Source: Eledone cirrhosa (Eukaryota). Taken from it: a stretch of DNA of 64,000 bases. This document shows positions 1 to 11,444 of the stretch, in pieces. The translations under genes and the position numbers were made by a program. How positions within the stretch are numbered: position 1 is the first letter of the stretch; every line of letters starts with the position of its first letter. The notes beneath the pieces were generated by a model that saw only the letters and a program-made list of their open reading frames with translations, ran no database searches and was not told where the DNA came from. The DNA lies in NCBI GenBank assembly GCA_964016885.1, contig OZ024743.1, positions 24,304,001 through 24,368,000 of the forward strand, in the 5' to 3' direction.

Positions 1-11
1 CGATACTGCCA

Positions 12-190
12 AACGAAGGAAAAGTGGTAAGGAACCATATGGACCATAACGCACCAAAGTACTTAATACTTAGGGTAGTAGAGTGGGTAATAGGAACGAG
101 TAGGATCCCGAATAGCTGAGCTCAAGCCGTTTCGACGGCTAATTCTGGACTCAAAACGGCTTGAGCTCAGCCGTCGGGGTCCTACTCGTT

Positions 191-195
<5 letters not shown>
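12..195. mobile_element. Short (TA)n-associated foldback element, family A (PLE pLTR-like); related copies at 36000-36146 and 57363-57536
   Basis: Inverted arms gaacgagtagga...gagctcaagccg / cggcttgagctc...tcctactcgttc, followed by (TA)n; related sequence recurs twice in the window. Confidence 0.6.
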
Positions 196-258
<63 letters not shown>

Positions 259-705
259 TAATTTATCCAATTCTTTTCCTTCTTAGTCCGTAAAAATCAA
301 CCAGATAAATAATCATTTAAACAGAGTTAAGTTTAAAATGTAACTTTGAAGAAATAACAGATAAATGTTACAGTCTTTCCTCTGTGAGGAACAGTCAGAT
401 AAGATTTACCTAGTCTTTCCTCTTAGACCCTAGAAATTAACTAGACAAATAATCAATTAAACGGAGCAAAGTCTAAGATGTAAGTATATATATAAACTGA
501 GAAAAATTAACAGAGAGGGGACAAGACAACGAACAAAAAGAAGGTAAAACGAAAAACAATTCTTAAATTTTTTTTTTTTTTTTTAATAAAAATACAAACG
601 AAAGACAGAACTCCAGGTCCTCTACCAACAGTACTGCTGGTCCGACAGGAGTCACAGCGTCTGACACAAGCCAAACGCTGTCTAGCTGAGTAAGAGACAA
701 GAGAC

Positions 706-895
706 GGGCGGTGGATTGGCAGTATCGGTAGAGAGTCGGACACCATGCTTTGACGCATAGAGTTATGTCCCTTGCCATTCTGAGTTCAAATCCCGCCGAG
801 GTTAACTTTGCCTTTCATCCTTACGAGGTCGATAAAATAAAGTACCAGTAATGCACTAAGTAATCGCTGGCCTTGTACCAAAAGTAGAAACAATT
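706..895 (+). mobile_element. tRNA-derived SINE family 1 (~190 bp, Meta/MESC-like core)
   Basis: A-box-like tggcagtatcggta, B-box gagttcaaatccc, core gcctttcatcc..ggtcgataaaataaagtaccag; more than 10 copies in the window. Confidence 0.85.
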
Positions 896-1061
896 AATTT
901 ATTGCAATTCAGTTAGAACAAGTACATATAGAATTTTATATGACAACAGGGAAAAGGTGAGGTGATTCTTATAGCACCAAAGTCTCACGAACGAAACAAA
1001 GGAAAAGAAAAGTAGAAGCCATTTCTATATATATATATATTCTCAACGCTTCAAAAGCCGA

Positions 1062-1153
1062 AAATTCTTCGTACACTGTTTATATATATATATATATATA
1101 TACATATATAAACAGTGTACGAAGAATTTGGACTGAGGTTTGATATGATTTCC

Positions 1154-1209
<56 letters not shown>

Positions 1210-1233
1210 GGAAATCATATCAAACCTCAGTCC
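1062..1233. repeat. Two adjacent X-(TA)n-X' inverted repeats
   Basis: aaattcttcgtacactgttt/aaacagtgtacgaagaattt and ggactgaggtttgatatgatttccctttt/aaaagggaaatcatatcaaacctcagtcc, each centred on a TA tract. Confidence 0.85.
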
Positions 1234-1725
1234 ACCATTTGCCTCCATCACGGAATCATGGTTCAACTAAACACTCTTGCGATATTAATACATTTTAATC
1301 TGCTTAACTTCAATGACTGTGCCTGTAAATAACATTATTTTTTCTTCCACATTGACTTTTTACGTTCCACATTATGCACGTTTTTTTTTCCTTTTTCTTT
1401 TTTCTTTTCATTTCTTAAACCTTGTTTGTAAATAACATTATTCTTTCTGCACCTTCTGTTTAACATGTGCGACACCACACTAATACATTTCACTATCATT
1501 TGATAATGCATATAAATGCTGAAACCGGTAATAGACAATAATTAAATATATAAATAGATAAATAACTGCCATTGTTAAATAATAAATAAATCAACTAATA
1601 CCTTAACATTTCACACAAAGTAAAACATTTCGTTTTAATCATTTTCTAACCCAGAAAAAAGAGAGAGAGAAACAAAAAAGGAAAAAAAATATTTTTCTTT
1701 CTCATAATCGTCTCTTTCTCCCTGT

Positions 1726-1805
<80 letters not shown>

Positions 1806-2104
1806 GAGACGAAGAGTGACGATGAATAGAAGGATGTATAGATTAGAGATAGATAAAGAGATTGTGTGAGGGTGGAGAAAACAATCAGAGAGTATTGACA
1901 GAGACAGATTTTGCTTGGTATATAACGAGACAGATACATATATATTAATCGATAGATCGAATCATCTGATGCCACCGTTGAACATGTTACGTGACGAAGA
2001 TCTATAGAAAATAACTTACAAATGCTCTACACATCATCACCATCATCACCAACATTTCCACCATTGTTTTCGAAGCAAAGCTTCTTTATTTCTATTTCTT
2101 TCAC

Positions 2105-2137
2105 TTCTTCTTTCTTTCTTTCTCTTCTTTGTTCTTC

Positions 2138-2204
<67 letters not shown>

Positions 2205-2470
2205 TCCTTCTTTCTTTCTTTCCTTCTTTCTTTCTTTCTTCTTGCTTTCTTGTTGTCTTTCTTTCTTTCTTTCTACTTTCTTCTTGCTTTCTTGTTGTCT
2301 TCCTTTATTTCTTCTTTCTTTCTTCTTTCTTTCTTCTTGCTTTCTTGTTGTCTTTCTTTCTTTCTTCTTGCTTTCTTGTCTTTCTTTCTTTCTTCTTTCT
2401 TTCCTTCTTTCTTTCTTTCTTTCTTCTTGCTTTCTTTCTTTCTTCTTGGTTTCTTGTCTTTCTCTCTCTT
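2105..2470. repeat. (TTTC)n-derived pyrimidine-rich repeat
   Basis: Direct reading. Confidence 0.9.
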
Positions 2471-2579
2471 TCATTCATTTCCTTCTTATTGTATTTATCA
2501 TCATTGTTAATAATCCTTATTGTTAACATGGTCTTAGCTTCTTATTGATGTTTTGGTGTTGTGCTTTTATAGGATCTGA

Positions 2580-2745
2580 TGGAGTTACGGCCCTTTATGA
2601 TCTGAGTTCAAATCCCGCCGAGGTTAACTTTGCTTTCAGCCTTACGAGGTCGACAAAATAAAGTATCAGTCATGCACTGGGGTCGATTTAATCGACTTTT
2701 CCCTCCCCTAAAATTGCTGGCCTTGTGCCTATATAAGAAACCATT
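2580..2745 (+). mobile_element. SINE family 1, 5'-truncated variant
   Basis: B-box, core and tail tggccttgtgcc. Confidence 0.8.
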
Positions 2746-2834
2746 TATGTGAACTAGTGGGTTATTGTTGTTGTAGCTTGTATCTGTGTGAACTAGTGTG
2801 TTGTTTGGGGACAGAATTATTTCTGTCTTTTAAA

Positions 2835-2887
<53 letters not shown>

Positions 2888-2895
<8 letters not shown>

Positions 2896-3240
2896 GTGAG
2901 GTTTTTTTTACAAAATGAAAATTAACCGAGGTGTCCTACACAAGTGAAAGTATAAGGAAAAAAGATGAAATCGAAAATGCAACTGGTGTCTTTTTTTTTT
3001 TTAATGTATATATTTATTTGGTTCCTTTACCGGTTTCGCAGTTCTTCTGCTTTTTAAAAGTAGAGTTGAGATGGAGGGTTTATGATTTTTCTCACATCTG
3101 TGAGAAAAATCAGACCCTCCATCTCAACTCTACTTTTGAAAAGCAGAAGAACTGCGAAACCGGTAAAGGAACGAAATAAATATATATATCTTTTTAAAAA
3201 AAGACTCCAGTTGCATTTTCGATTTCATCTTTTTTCCATA
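2888..3240. mobile_element. (TA)n-flanked foldback element, family B (PLE pLTR-like); related copies at 23073-23248 and 40860-41126
   Basis: ~130-bp inverted arms centred on ctcacatctgtgag; contains an HHR variant. Confidence 0.75.
3133..3168 (+). ncRNA. Minimal type I hammerhead ribozyme, U3-A8 core variant
   Basis: ctt TTGAAAA gcag-aagaa-ctgc GAAA ccgg TA aag; same core at ~40958-40993. Confidence 0.55.
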
Positions 3241-3265
3241 TATATATATATATATATATTGTTAT

Positions 3266-3308
<43 letters not shown>

Positions 3309-3314
3309 ATACTT

Positions 3315-3371
<57 letters not shown>

Positions 3372-3377
<6 letters not shown>

Positions 3378-3665
3378 ATACTTTGGGAGGGTCATGTTGC
3401 CAATAAGAAACACATGCACCAGTTGCTTTCACTTCAATTTATTATAAATTTAGGAATTTATAAATTTCCGGTTGGTTGGTTCCACAACCAGACGATTGTT
3501 CATATATTGTCAAAGTTCTTTCGTCACACATTCTGTGACCTCTTCATTGACTGGGGATTCTTTTTTTTTGTTTTTGTGCCTCTCCTTTGTTCTGTCCTAC
3601 GCCATCTTGTTTTTGTGTGTGACACACGTTTTCAGATAAAGAATCTTGCCAAACAAATTCAGAAA

Positions 3666-3670
<5 letters not shown>
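3372..3670 (-). mobile_element. PLE pLTR-like family C with a mutated HHR (C3>A, 3509-3551); related copies at 35470-35780 and 58228-58500
   Basis: Shared gttatactttgggagggtcatgttgccaataag; minus strand reads gtca ATGAAGA g gtcaca-gaatg-tgtgac GAAA gaac TT tgac. Confidence 0.65.
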
Positions 3671-3719
<49 letters not shown>

Positions 3720-3724
<5 letters not shown>

Positions 3725-3841
3725 GATTGACTGACTTGTCATTTTATCTGTCAGATGTTCTAATGATTCTATATATATATATATATATATAGAATCATTA
3801 GAACATCTGACAGATAAAATGACAAATCAGTCAATCATATT
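3720..3841. repeat. X-(TA)n-X' palindrome with ~50-bp arms
   Basis: atatgattgactga...gattct (TA)n agaatc...tcagtcaatcatat. Confidence 0.9.
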
Positions 3842-3842
3842 G

Positions 3843-4057
3843 GTGGCCTCCCCACAGCCCCAGCGGTCAGAATGGAGAAGGCGTTTCCCCGGAGGACGGC
3901 AAGGGAGATGTGCTGGAAGAGCCATTCCAACACGCGACCTCACACCTGCGGCTGGCCAGCTCAGCGCCTATGGTGGTGAGTAGGGAGGTAACCCTAGGGC
4001 CGAGGACATGGGAAGTCTCCACCATGCCAAGGGTACGACCACAAACCTGTCGGAGAG
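3843..4057 (-). mobile_element. 3' fragment of a CRE-like (restriction-like endonuclease, REL) non-LTR retrotransposon
   Basis: Reverse complement aligns by eye to 31630-31800 (ctctccgacagg...gtggagacttc...ctcaccaccat...ggaatgg.tcttccagc.catctccctt). Confidence 0.65.
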
Positions 4058-4377
4058 TGTGTTGTTGTTTTTGTTGCTTTAGCTTGTATCTGTGTGAACT
4101 ACTGATTGTTGTTGTTGTTGTTTTAAGGGAGGTCGTATCATTCGGGAGTATTACTTGGTTTATATTTACATTTGGGAATGGTATATTCGCTCTTGGTGGT
4201 GGTGGTGGTGGTGGTGGTGGAGATAATGGCGATGTTGTCGGTGGTAGTAGTGTGTCGGTGGTAGTGATGATGGTGGTAGAGGTGTGACTTCTCTTTTCCG
4301 TTGTTGTTGTAGTTGTTGTTGTTTTTTGTTTTTACATTTATTTAGCTTTATAAGGATTGCACCTTGCTAGTGGACAT

Positions 4378-4599
4378 GCGTTACTACTACTACTACAGTT
4401 GCTGCTGCTACTACTACTACTACTACTACTACAACCACCACCACTACCACCACTACTACTACTGCTACTACTACTACTACTGCTACTACTGCTACTACCA
4501 CCACCACTACTACTACCACTACCAACACCACCATCACCACCACCACCACCACCACCACCACCACTACCACCACTACTACTATTACTACTACTACTAGTC

Positions 4600-4671
<72 letters not shown>

Positions 4672-4672
4672 A
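4378..4672. repeat. (CTA)n/(CCA)n compound trinucleotide repeat
   Basis: Direct reading. Confidence 0.9.
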
Positions 4673-4880
4673 CAGTAGTAGTAGTGTTCTTTATCTAATA
4701 TCGATTACCGTGGCTGTGCATTATAAGAATCTTGTGCTGTTATGTGTGTGTTAGGTCTACCAAAGCTCAGCACAGTTCGTGTCAGTATGTCGGGAGAAGT
4801 TTGGTTTAGTCTGAAGATGAATTTGTAGTAAGTGCGTATGTATGTATGTATGTATGTATGTATGTATGTATGTATGTATG

Positions 4881-5250
4881 AAGGAAAACTCTGATATAAC
4901 ACCTGCAACCCTGATGGTATCCAATGATGTTGAATTGTTCTTCTTTTTGGTAAATATCATCTTGGTTAAGAGAGTGGGACTGGCTTTGTGCAGTGCCTTT
5001 GCTCACTATAAAAGCTTCACAGCACAGGCATTGCATTATATCTGGAGATCTCTCTGCACTTGTCGTCACATGGTACCATGGGCCCAGCACTATGTGTCAA
5101 TAATTGTTACAGGTGTAGTGTTTGTACCAGAGTTTTCAAGTCGCTGGCTGGACTAAAAAGTCACACTTGTTCAGCGCATCGGTAGGGGTTCTCCTACATG
5201 GATATAAAGTAGCGCCCGTACTCGAAAACGAGTTGGCAGCCACCACCATG
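4881..5250 (+). mobile_element. Non-autonomous RTE-derived element, 5'-truncated, (TATG)n-flanked
   Basis: Matches the 3' part of the full copy at 45412-46021. Confidence 0.85.
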
Positions 5251-5266
5251 TATGTATGTATGTATG

Positions 5267-5297
<31 letters not shown>

Positions 5298-5370
5298 GTA
5301 TGTATTATGGAAGTATGTTTGTATGTATGTTTGTATGTATGTATGTCGAGATTTTGGAAAGCTCTATGTG

Positions 5371-6211
5371 TGACAGTATAGAAGCTCTTGTGCTTACGCA
5401 ACGACTCCCTTGGAGTGGTCACCTTGCCAGGATGAAGGATTCTAGAATACCAAAACAACTCTTTTATGGAGAGTTGGTTAAAGGAAAACGACCGCCACAT
5501 AAACCAAAAAGAGGTATAAGGATTCCTTGAAAGCCTCTCTGAAAGACGCTAACATCTCTGCTGATACATGGGAGAATGTTGCTGCTGATCGTAATAAATG
5601 GAGAAAGACTGTATATGAGGGAAAAGTTGCCTTTGAGACATCTCGAATCGCATACGAGAAAGTAAAGCGGGATGTGAGGAAGGGCATTGCTGTTGCACTT
5701 CCAGACGGCGAGGGTCCTCCTATGGTGCTGACATGCAGCGTATGTGCGATACTCTGCCTAAGCAAAGCTGGACTCGAAAGTCATCTTCGCAGTCATAAAG
5801 TAAGACCAGTGTTTGACTACCAGGCTGCTGTTGGAGATGCTACTCATCATGCTTGCCAAACATGTGGTAGAGAATGTAAATCAGCAGGAGGGCTCAAGCA
5901 ACATGCAAAAGTACACGAACTCCAACCACAGCCGACTATTACCAGTGAATGTTTTGGTTGCCGACTCTGTGCAAGACATTTTAGATCATTGGCTGGGCTA
6001 AAAAGCCTCATTCGATCGCAGCGCTGTTAGTTGCTATCGTGTGTGTGTGTGTGTGTAGATATGCTTATGTGTGTGCGTGTGTGTGTATATATATATGTAT
6101 ATGTATATTATTATTGTTGTTGTCGTTATTATTATTGTTGTTATTATTATTATTATTATTATTATTGTTATTAATGTATGTGTGTGTGTATATGTGTGTG
6201 TGTATATGTGT

Positions 6212-6250
<39 letters not shown>

Positions 6251-6410
6251 TGTGTGTGTGTGTGTCTATATGTATGTATATGTATATATATATATATAAA
6301 TTTCTTTTTTTTTTAATTTTCCTTTTATTTATTTATTATTATTATTATTTTTTTTTTACCTTTCTCCTCGTGCAATGGCCATACTCGATAACGAGGGGGC
6401 AGCCATCATG
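5371..6410 (+). mobile_element. 3' end of an RTE (BovB-like) LINE with C2H2-like zinc-finger tail; 3' UTR interrupted by microsatellites
   Basis: WSGHLARMKDSRIPKQLFYGELVKGKRP...DRNKWRK; three CxxC motifs; terminal ggccatactcgataacgag...gcagccatc followed by (ATGT)n. Confidence 0.8.
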
Positions 6411-6524
6411 TATGTATGTAAGTACATTTTTTTATGTATGTCTGTATGTATGTATGTATGTAGTTAGGCATGTATGTATATATGTTTGTATGTATGTAGT
6501 TAGGTAGGTAGGTATATATGTATG

Positions 6525-7083
6525 TTCTTCTGGTTTTATAATTTCACAAAGTTTTACCAATAGAGAGAGAGTCGGTTTCTAACATAGACACAAGACTCTC
6601 TCATTGGAATTTACACAGTATCAACTAGGTAGATATGTATGTATGCATGCATGTGTAGATATGGATGTTATTGTATGTGTGGATGTGTATGTTTTGAGTT
6701 GTATGTGTGCATGTGTATATGCTTTGTATCTGTACATGTGTATATGCTTTGCATCTGTATATGTGTATATGCAGTTATTAGATGCAACATTTTTGGAATG
6801 TTTTACATATTCTTTTTTACGAACTGCATTGTACAGTGTTTTGGCCACTATATCATACCTCATAGGTAGATTGTACCGCGATGACATCTTTGGACAGCTG
6901 CTGATGACATGAGTGATATCCTCGATGTTAGTTCTGCAGAGTCTGCACTTGTTATCACATCTAGGTGTTTTGCCTGCATCTCTATCTCTTTTGTGAATCA
7001 GGTATTTCGTGCTAATCTCCTGTTCCTGGATGCAAAAGCGTATCCTTCAAAGTGGGAGCCAATATAGCGGTTGTTGGTGCAGG

Positions 7084-7085
<2 letters not shown>
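6525..7085 (-). mobile_element. R4/Dong-like REL non-LTR fragment (6810-7085) joined to a repeat that recurs at 49965-50222 (+)
   Basis: Minus-strand QEQEISTKY...CRLCRTNIEDITHVISSCPKMSSRYNLPMRYDIVAK: CCHC knuckle plus RHD-like motif. Confidence 0.65.
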
Positions 7086-7114
<29 letters not shown>

Positions 7115-7388
7115 TGTATGTATGTATGTATGTATGTATGTATGTATGTATGTATGTATGTAGTTAGGTAGTTAGGTATATATATATATATATGTGTGTA
7201 TGCATGTATGTATATATGTTTGTATGTATGTATATATGTATGCGTGTATGTATATATGTATGTATGTAGGTAGGTATATGTAAATATGAATGTATCTGTG
7301 TATGTCTATATAGATCTATATGTATACATATGTATACATATATATATATATATATGTATAAATATATATATGTGTGTATGTATATGTG

Positions 7389-7464
<76 letters not shown>

Positions 7465-7799
7465 TGTGTGTGTATCGCTGTGTGTGTATGGGTGAGTGGA
7501 GTTAGTGTGATAGCTTGCGTGTGTTTCGAGTGATGAAAAAAGTGAGTTACATGATATCTGCTGATTGTAGTGTTTGACAGGTGGTGATGGTGGTGGTGGT
7601 CGTGGTAGCAGTGGTGATGGTAACAGTGCGGCGGTGGTGGTGATGGTGGCTTATAGATTGGGTAATAATGGGTATTGAAAACAATTGTTGAAAACATTTT
7701 AAGAACGTTCGATAAATTCAACCATGCGTAAACGGAGGGCCGATCCTCCACCGTAGCACACAAAGGACAAACAAATCCAAGAAAATAGTTACATCGAAC

Positions 7800-7935
7800 A
7801 ATGTAAACTTCACCAAACAGTTTTGTATTTTGTTTTTTTTATTATATATACGTGTGTATATATATATATATATATATACACACACGTATATATAATAAAG
7901 AAAAGAATACAAAACTGTTTGGTGAAGTTTACATT
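7800..7935. repeat. X-(TA)n-X' inverted repeat
   Basis: aatgtaaacttcaccaaacagttttgtatt / aatacaaaactgtttggtgaagtttacatt. Confidence 0.85.
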
Positions 7936-8174
7936 ATATATATATATATTGGCGGGTCTTTATTTATTATTTCAATTTTTTTAACTTAATATTTTTCTTT
8001 ATGTTTGTTTATCAATGTCTCGTGGTTAACATAATCGATTTACTTATAGCGTTCCGCTCGTGAATCGAGTGTTTTGTATTTCGTCACATATAGCACAGGT
8101 GCACCGTAGGTTTCTACTGGGTACCTTGTTGTAGGAGAACACACTCGCACCAACACTGACGCACACACGCACAC

Positions 8175-8251
<77 letters not shown>

Positions 8252-8286
8252 GTGTCTGTGTGTGTGTAAGAGAGAGAAAGAGCGAA

Positions 8287-8320
<34 letters not shown>

Positions 8321-9151
8321 TTCTCTTTCTCTCTCTCTTCCGCATATACACATATGCTCGCTGTCTACCCCACAGATGGGGCTAGCTGTTACGTTATTGG
8401 TACGCCATAGAAGGGAAGATAATCGTCTGAATCTAACAGAAAACAAGTCAATGATGATGTGGCTGTTGATTATCTGAAGTAAGGGGTGGTTCTGGTTGCT
8501 GATGATTCGTTATAATACCATTAACACTACTATCACGAAAGCCAGCGTTACCACCACCAACCATCACCCCCAACACAATCTCTACCGTCATTACCACCAC
8601 ACCCACCATCACTACCCCACTACTTTCATCGACAATATTTCTCCTATCGTTATCACTATCACTTCCACCAACACTACAATACTTCTCCGTCACTTCTACT
8701 ACTTCCTCTAACACTACCACCGCCACCAGCACCCCCACCACCACCACTAACATCACCATCATTTTCAACATCACCATCATCATCACCTTATATGGATAAT
8801 TTTTGATAATATTAGCTTGATCAAGGCTAGGCCGATGCAAAACAACGCCAGCAGCGACAACCCCACCAACACTGCCACGTTTAGTGTCACCACCACAATC
8901 TATCACCACTCAACAAGGAAACCGTCTGTGAATTCGTAGGCCCAGCTAGAAATAGCAGCCACACACCCATTGACTAAAACAACGGAAGACAAATTCGATG
9001 ATGAAATAGCTTTCATCATAATTTTGCTTGTTCATTGGTGACCCTTAACAAGAATAACAATAGCAATAACTAAGGTACCACTACGAGAAGCTTGTGTTGC
9101 AATAGAGATAGTAGCGGGTATGTTTTATAGAAAGACAACTCTGTTTCATAA

Positions 9152-9265
<114 letters not shown>

Positions 9266-9324
9266 CTCTACATTCTCTCTCTATCTCTCTATCTCTCTCA
9301 CCATATCTTTATCTATACATCTTT

Positions 9325-9478
9325 CAGCACAGGCATCGCTTGGTATGTGACATTGTTTGCCTTGCATGGTAGTGCTCGCCATAGGCAATTCCCTAGCAGG
9401 AGTAAAAAGCCACGTCCGTGATGCTCATGCTTAAGTATCAAGCGATGGTAATACTCGAAATCGAGTCGTAGCTATCAT
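9325..9478 (+). mobile_element. Diverged RTE-type 3' end
   Basis: SLAGVKSHVR*-like coding remnant, terminal ctcgaaatcgag hairpin and (TATG)n tail. Confidence 0.5.
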
Positions 9479-9802
9479 GTATGTATGTATGTATGTATGT
9501 ATGTATGTATGTATGTATGTATGTATGTATGTACGTATGTATGTATGTATGTATGTATGTATGTATGTATGTATGTATGTATGTATGTATGTATGTATGT
9601 ACGTATGTATGTATGTATGTATGTATGTATGTACGTATGTATGTATGTATGTATGTATGTATGTATGTATGTATGTATGTATGTATGTATGTACGTATGT
9701 ATGTATGTATGTATGTATGTATGTATGTATGTATGTATGTATGTATGTATGTACGTATGTACGTATGTATGTATGTATGTATGTATGTATGTATGTATGT
9801 AT
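9478..9802. repeat. (TATG)n tetranucleotide array
   Basis: Direct reading. Confidence 0.95.
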
Positions 9803-10080
9803 GAGAGTGAGACTGGCTTTGTGCAATGCCTCTGCTCACTATAAAAGCTTCACGGCACAGGCATTGCTTTATATCTGGAGATCTCTCCGCACTTGTCGTC
9901 ACATGGTACCGTGGGCCCAGCACTATGTGTCAATAATTGTCACAAGTGTAGTGTTTGTACCAGAGTTTTCAAGTCGCTGGCTGGACTAAAAAGTCACACT
10001 CGTTCAGCGCATCGGTAGAGGTTCTCATACATGGATATAAAGTAGTGGCCGTACTCGAAAACGAGTTGGCAGCCACCATG
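9803..10080 (+). mobile_element. Non-autonomous RTE-derived element, 5'-truncated
   Basis: Matches 45412-46021. Confidence 0.85.
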
Positions 10081-10109
10081 TATGTATGTATGTATGTATG
10101 TTGCAATTA

Positions 10110-10310
10110 GTATGTCAAATATACCAGATTTTAGTTTTTCTTGGGTTTAGAGTAAGTTATGTTCCACATAAATCTTTGAAAGAATCATCTACCTTATCTA
10201 CAGTTTTAAAGAATCGTTCCCGCAAACCTAACTTGATATGAGGAGCTGAAAGCAAGATGTTTTTAGATTTAATACAGGGATATCCCTTATGTTGTACTTT
10301 TTCACAATTA
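10110..10310 (-). pseudogene. DNA-transposase fragment, possibly CMC/Chapaev-type
   Basis: KNILLSAPHIKLGLRERFFKTVDKVDDSFKDLC resembles the LPPLHIKLGLMKQFVKALD motif. Confidence 0.45.
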
Positions 10311-10329
10311 AAACAGGAGAATTTGGCGT

Positions 10330-10560
10330 ATAAATCGCTTGTAGCGGCGGGGACCTCCATTGTTCTTAGATCACACATCACTTTCTTACTCTCTGCTGTC
10401 GAGACAGAGTTGGCCACTCGCATGAGTGAGCCATGTGAGTTGGAGTAGTTATTTTAATACGTCTTTCTTGCTAGCCTATGGAGCAATGCTTTCTTTATTC
10501 TGTCCACTGCGACCACGAAGCGTCATGCGCCTAGTCTTCTACACGCCAGAGAGCGTTCCC
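10330..10560 (+). mobile_element. Old CRE-like 3' fragment
   Basis: GTSIVL...LLSAVETELATRMSEPCELE*LF matches ETSGVL...LLTTIGRELATCR*EPRELEWFF at ~31660-31770. Confidence 0.5.
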
Positions 10561-10680
10561 CCACTCCGTCCAGGTTAGTTTCATTGGGATAACAATGATT
10601 GAGTATACTCATTGTTTAGACTCATTGTTGTTAATATTCAATTTCATTTTAAATTCGTATGACGATGGAAGTACAGATTG

Positions 10681-11013
10681 ATATACTGTCAATGTGGGAA
10701 AATTAACTAATAATGAAAACTTGCGATACAACAGCAAATTCATGTTGTCATTGATAACGTGGTTCAATTTTCACATAACTGCCAAGTATTCAAAATATTT
10801 GACCTTCTTTCAGTACCGCGTTTATGGTTTCAGAACTTTCAATACGACATATACTGTCAATGTGGGAAAATAAACTAAGAATGAAAACATGCGATACAAC
10901 AGCAATTACATGATTTCATTGATATCATGGTTTAATTTTCACATATCTTCCAAGTATTCAAAATATTTGAGCTTTGTTTAGTATAGCTTTCATGGTTTCA
11001 GAAATTTCAATAC
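10681..11013. repeat. Diverged tandem dimer with a 168-bp unit
   Basis: atatactgtcaatgtgggaaaa starts at 10681 and again at 10849; the two units are colinear. Confidence 0.85.
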
Positions 11014-11444
11014 ATTTCATATCAAATTTCTATTACTCAACAAAATGCACTTCAAATTGACGTTTGAGCTGACAATTAAATGACACTGTTCGTCTGAATC
11101 ATACAGAAATTCCATTGCATTTAACAAGCCATTAACATCATGACAGTAAACAATATAATCTTTCGTACTGTAGAACGGAAACATATTTCACAGTGTATTT
11201 TGATTTGTCTGGATCGTCCTCATCGTCATCACTAACATCATTATCATTATAGACATCACCTTCTCCTCATCTACTTCTGAAATTTCTCATCAATTTTACT
11301 TCGATCTTCTATTTCAATTCTTATATAATATATATTTTTTAGTACATTGATACATATGATACTTCTCGTGAGACCTTCTTCTTATTCTGAGGATTACAAA
11401 TATACAAATGAAAGAATCTGAGGTAAAACTGCAGTAACAGAGAT

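Noticed and set aside
273-483. Diverged ~70-bp direct repeat with a ~140-bp period next to (TA)n
   Set aside because: Real similarity, but no intact ribozyme core or second copy to support an element call
706-895. tRNA gene suggested by A/B boxes
   Set aside because: No cloverleaf; the head continues into a multicopy SINE body
2022-2548. Hydrophobic FLSF and KERK ORFs, and the many [12 protein letters not shown] ORFs elsewhere
   Set aside because: Microsatellite translations
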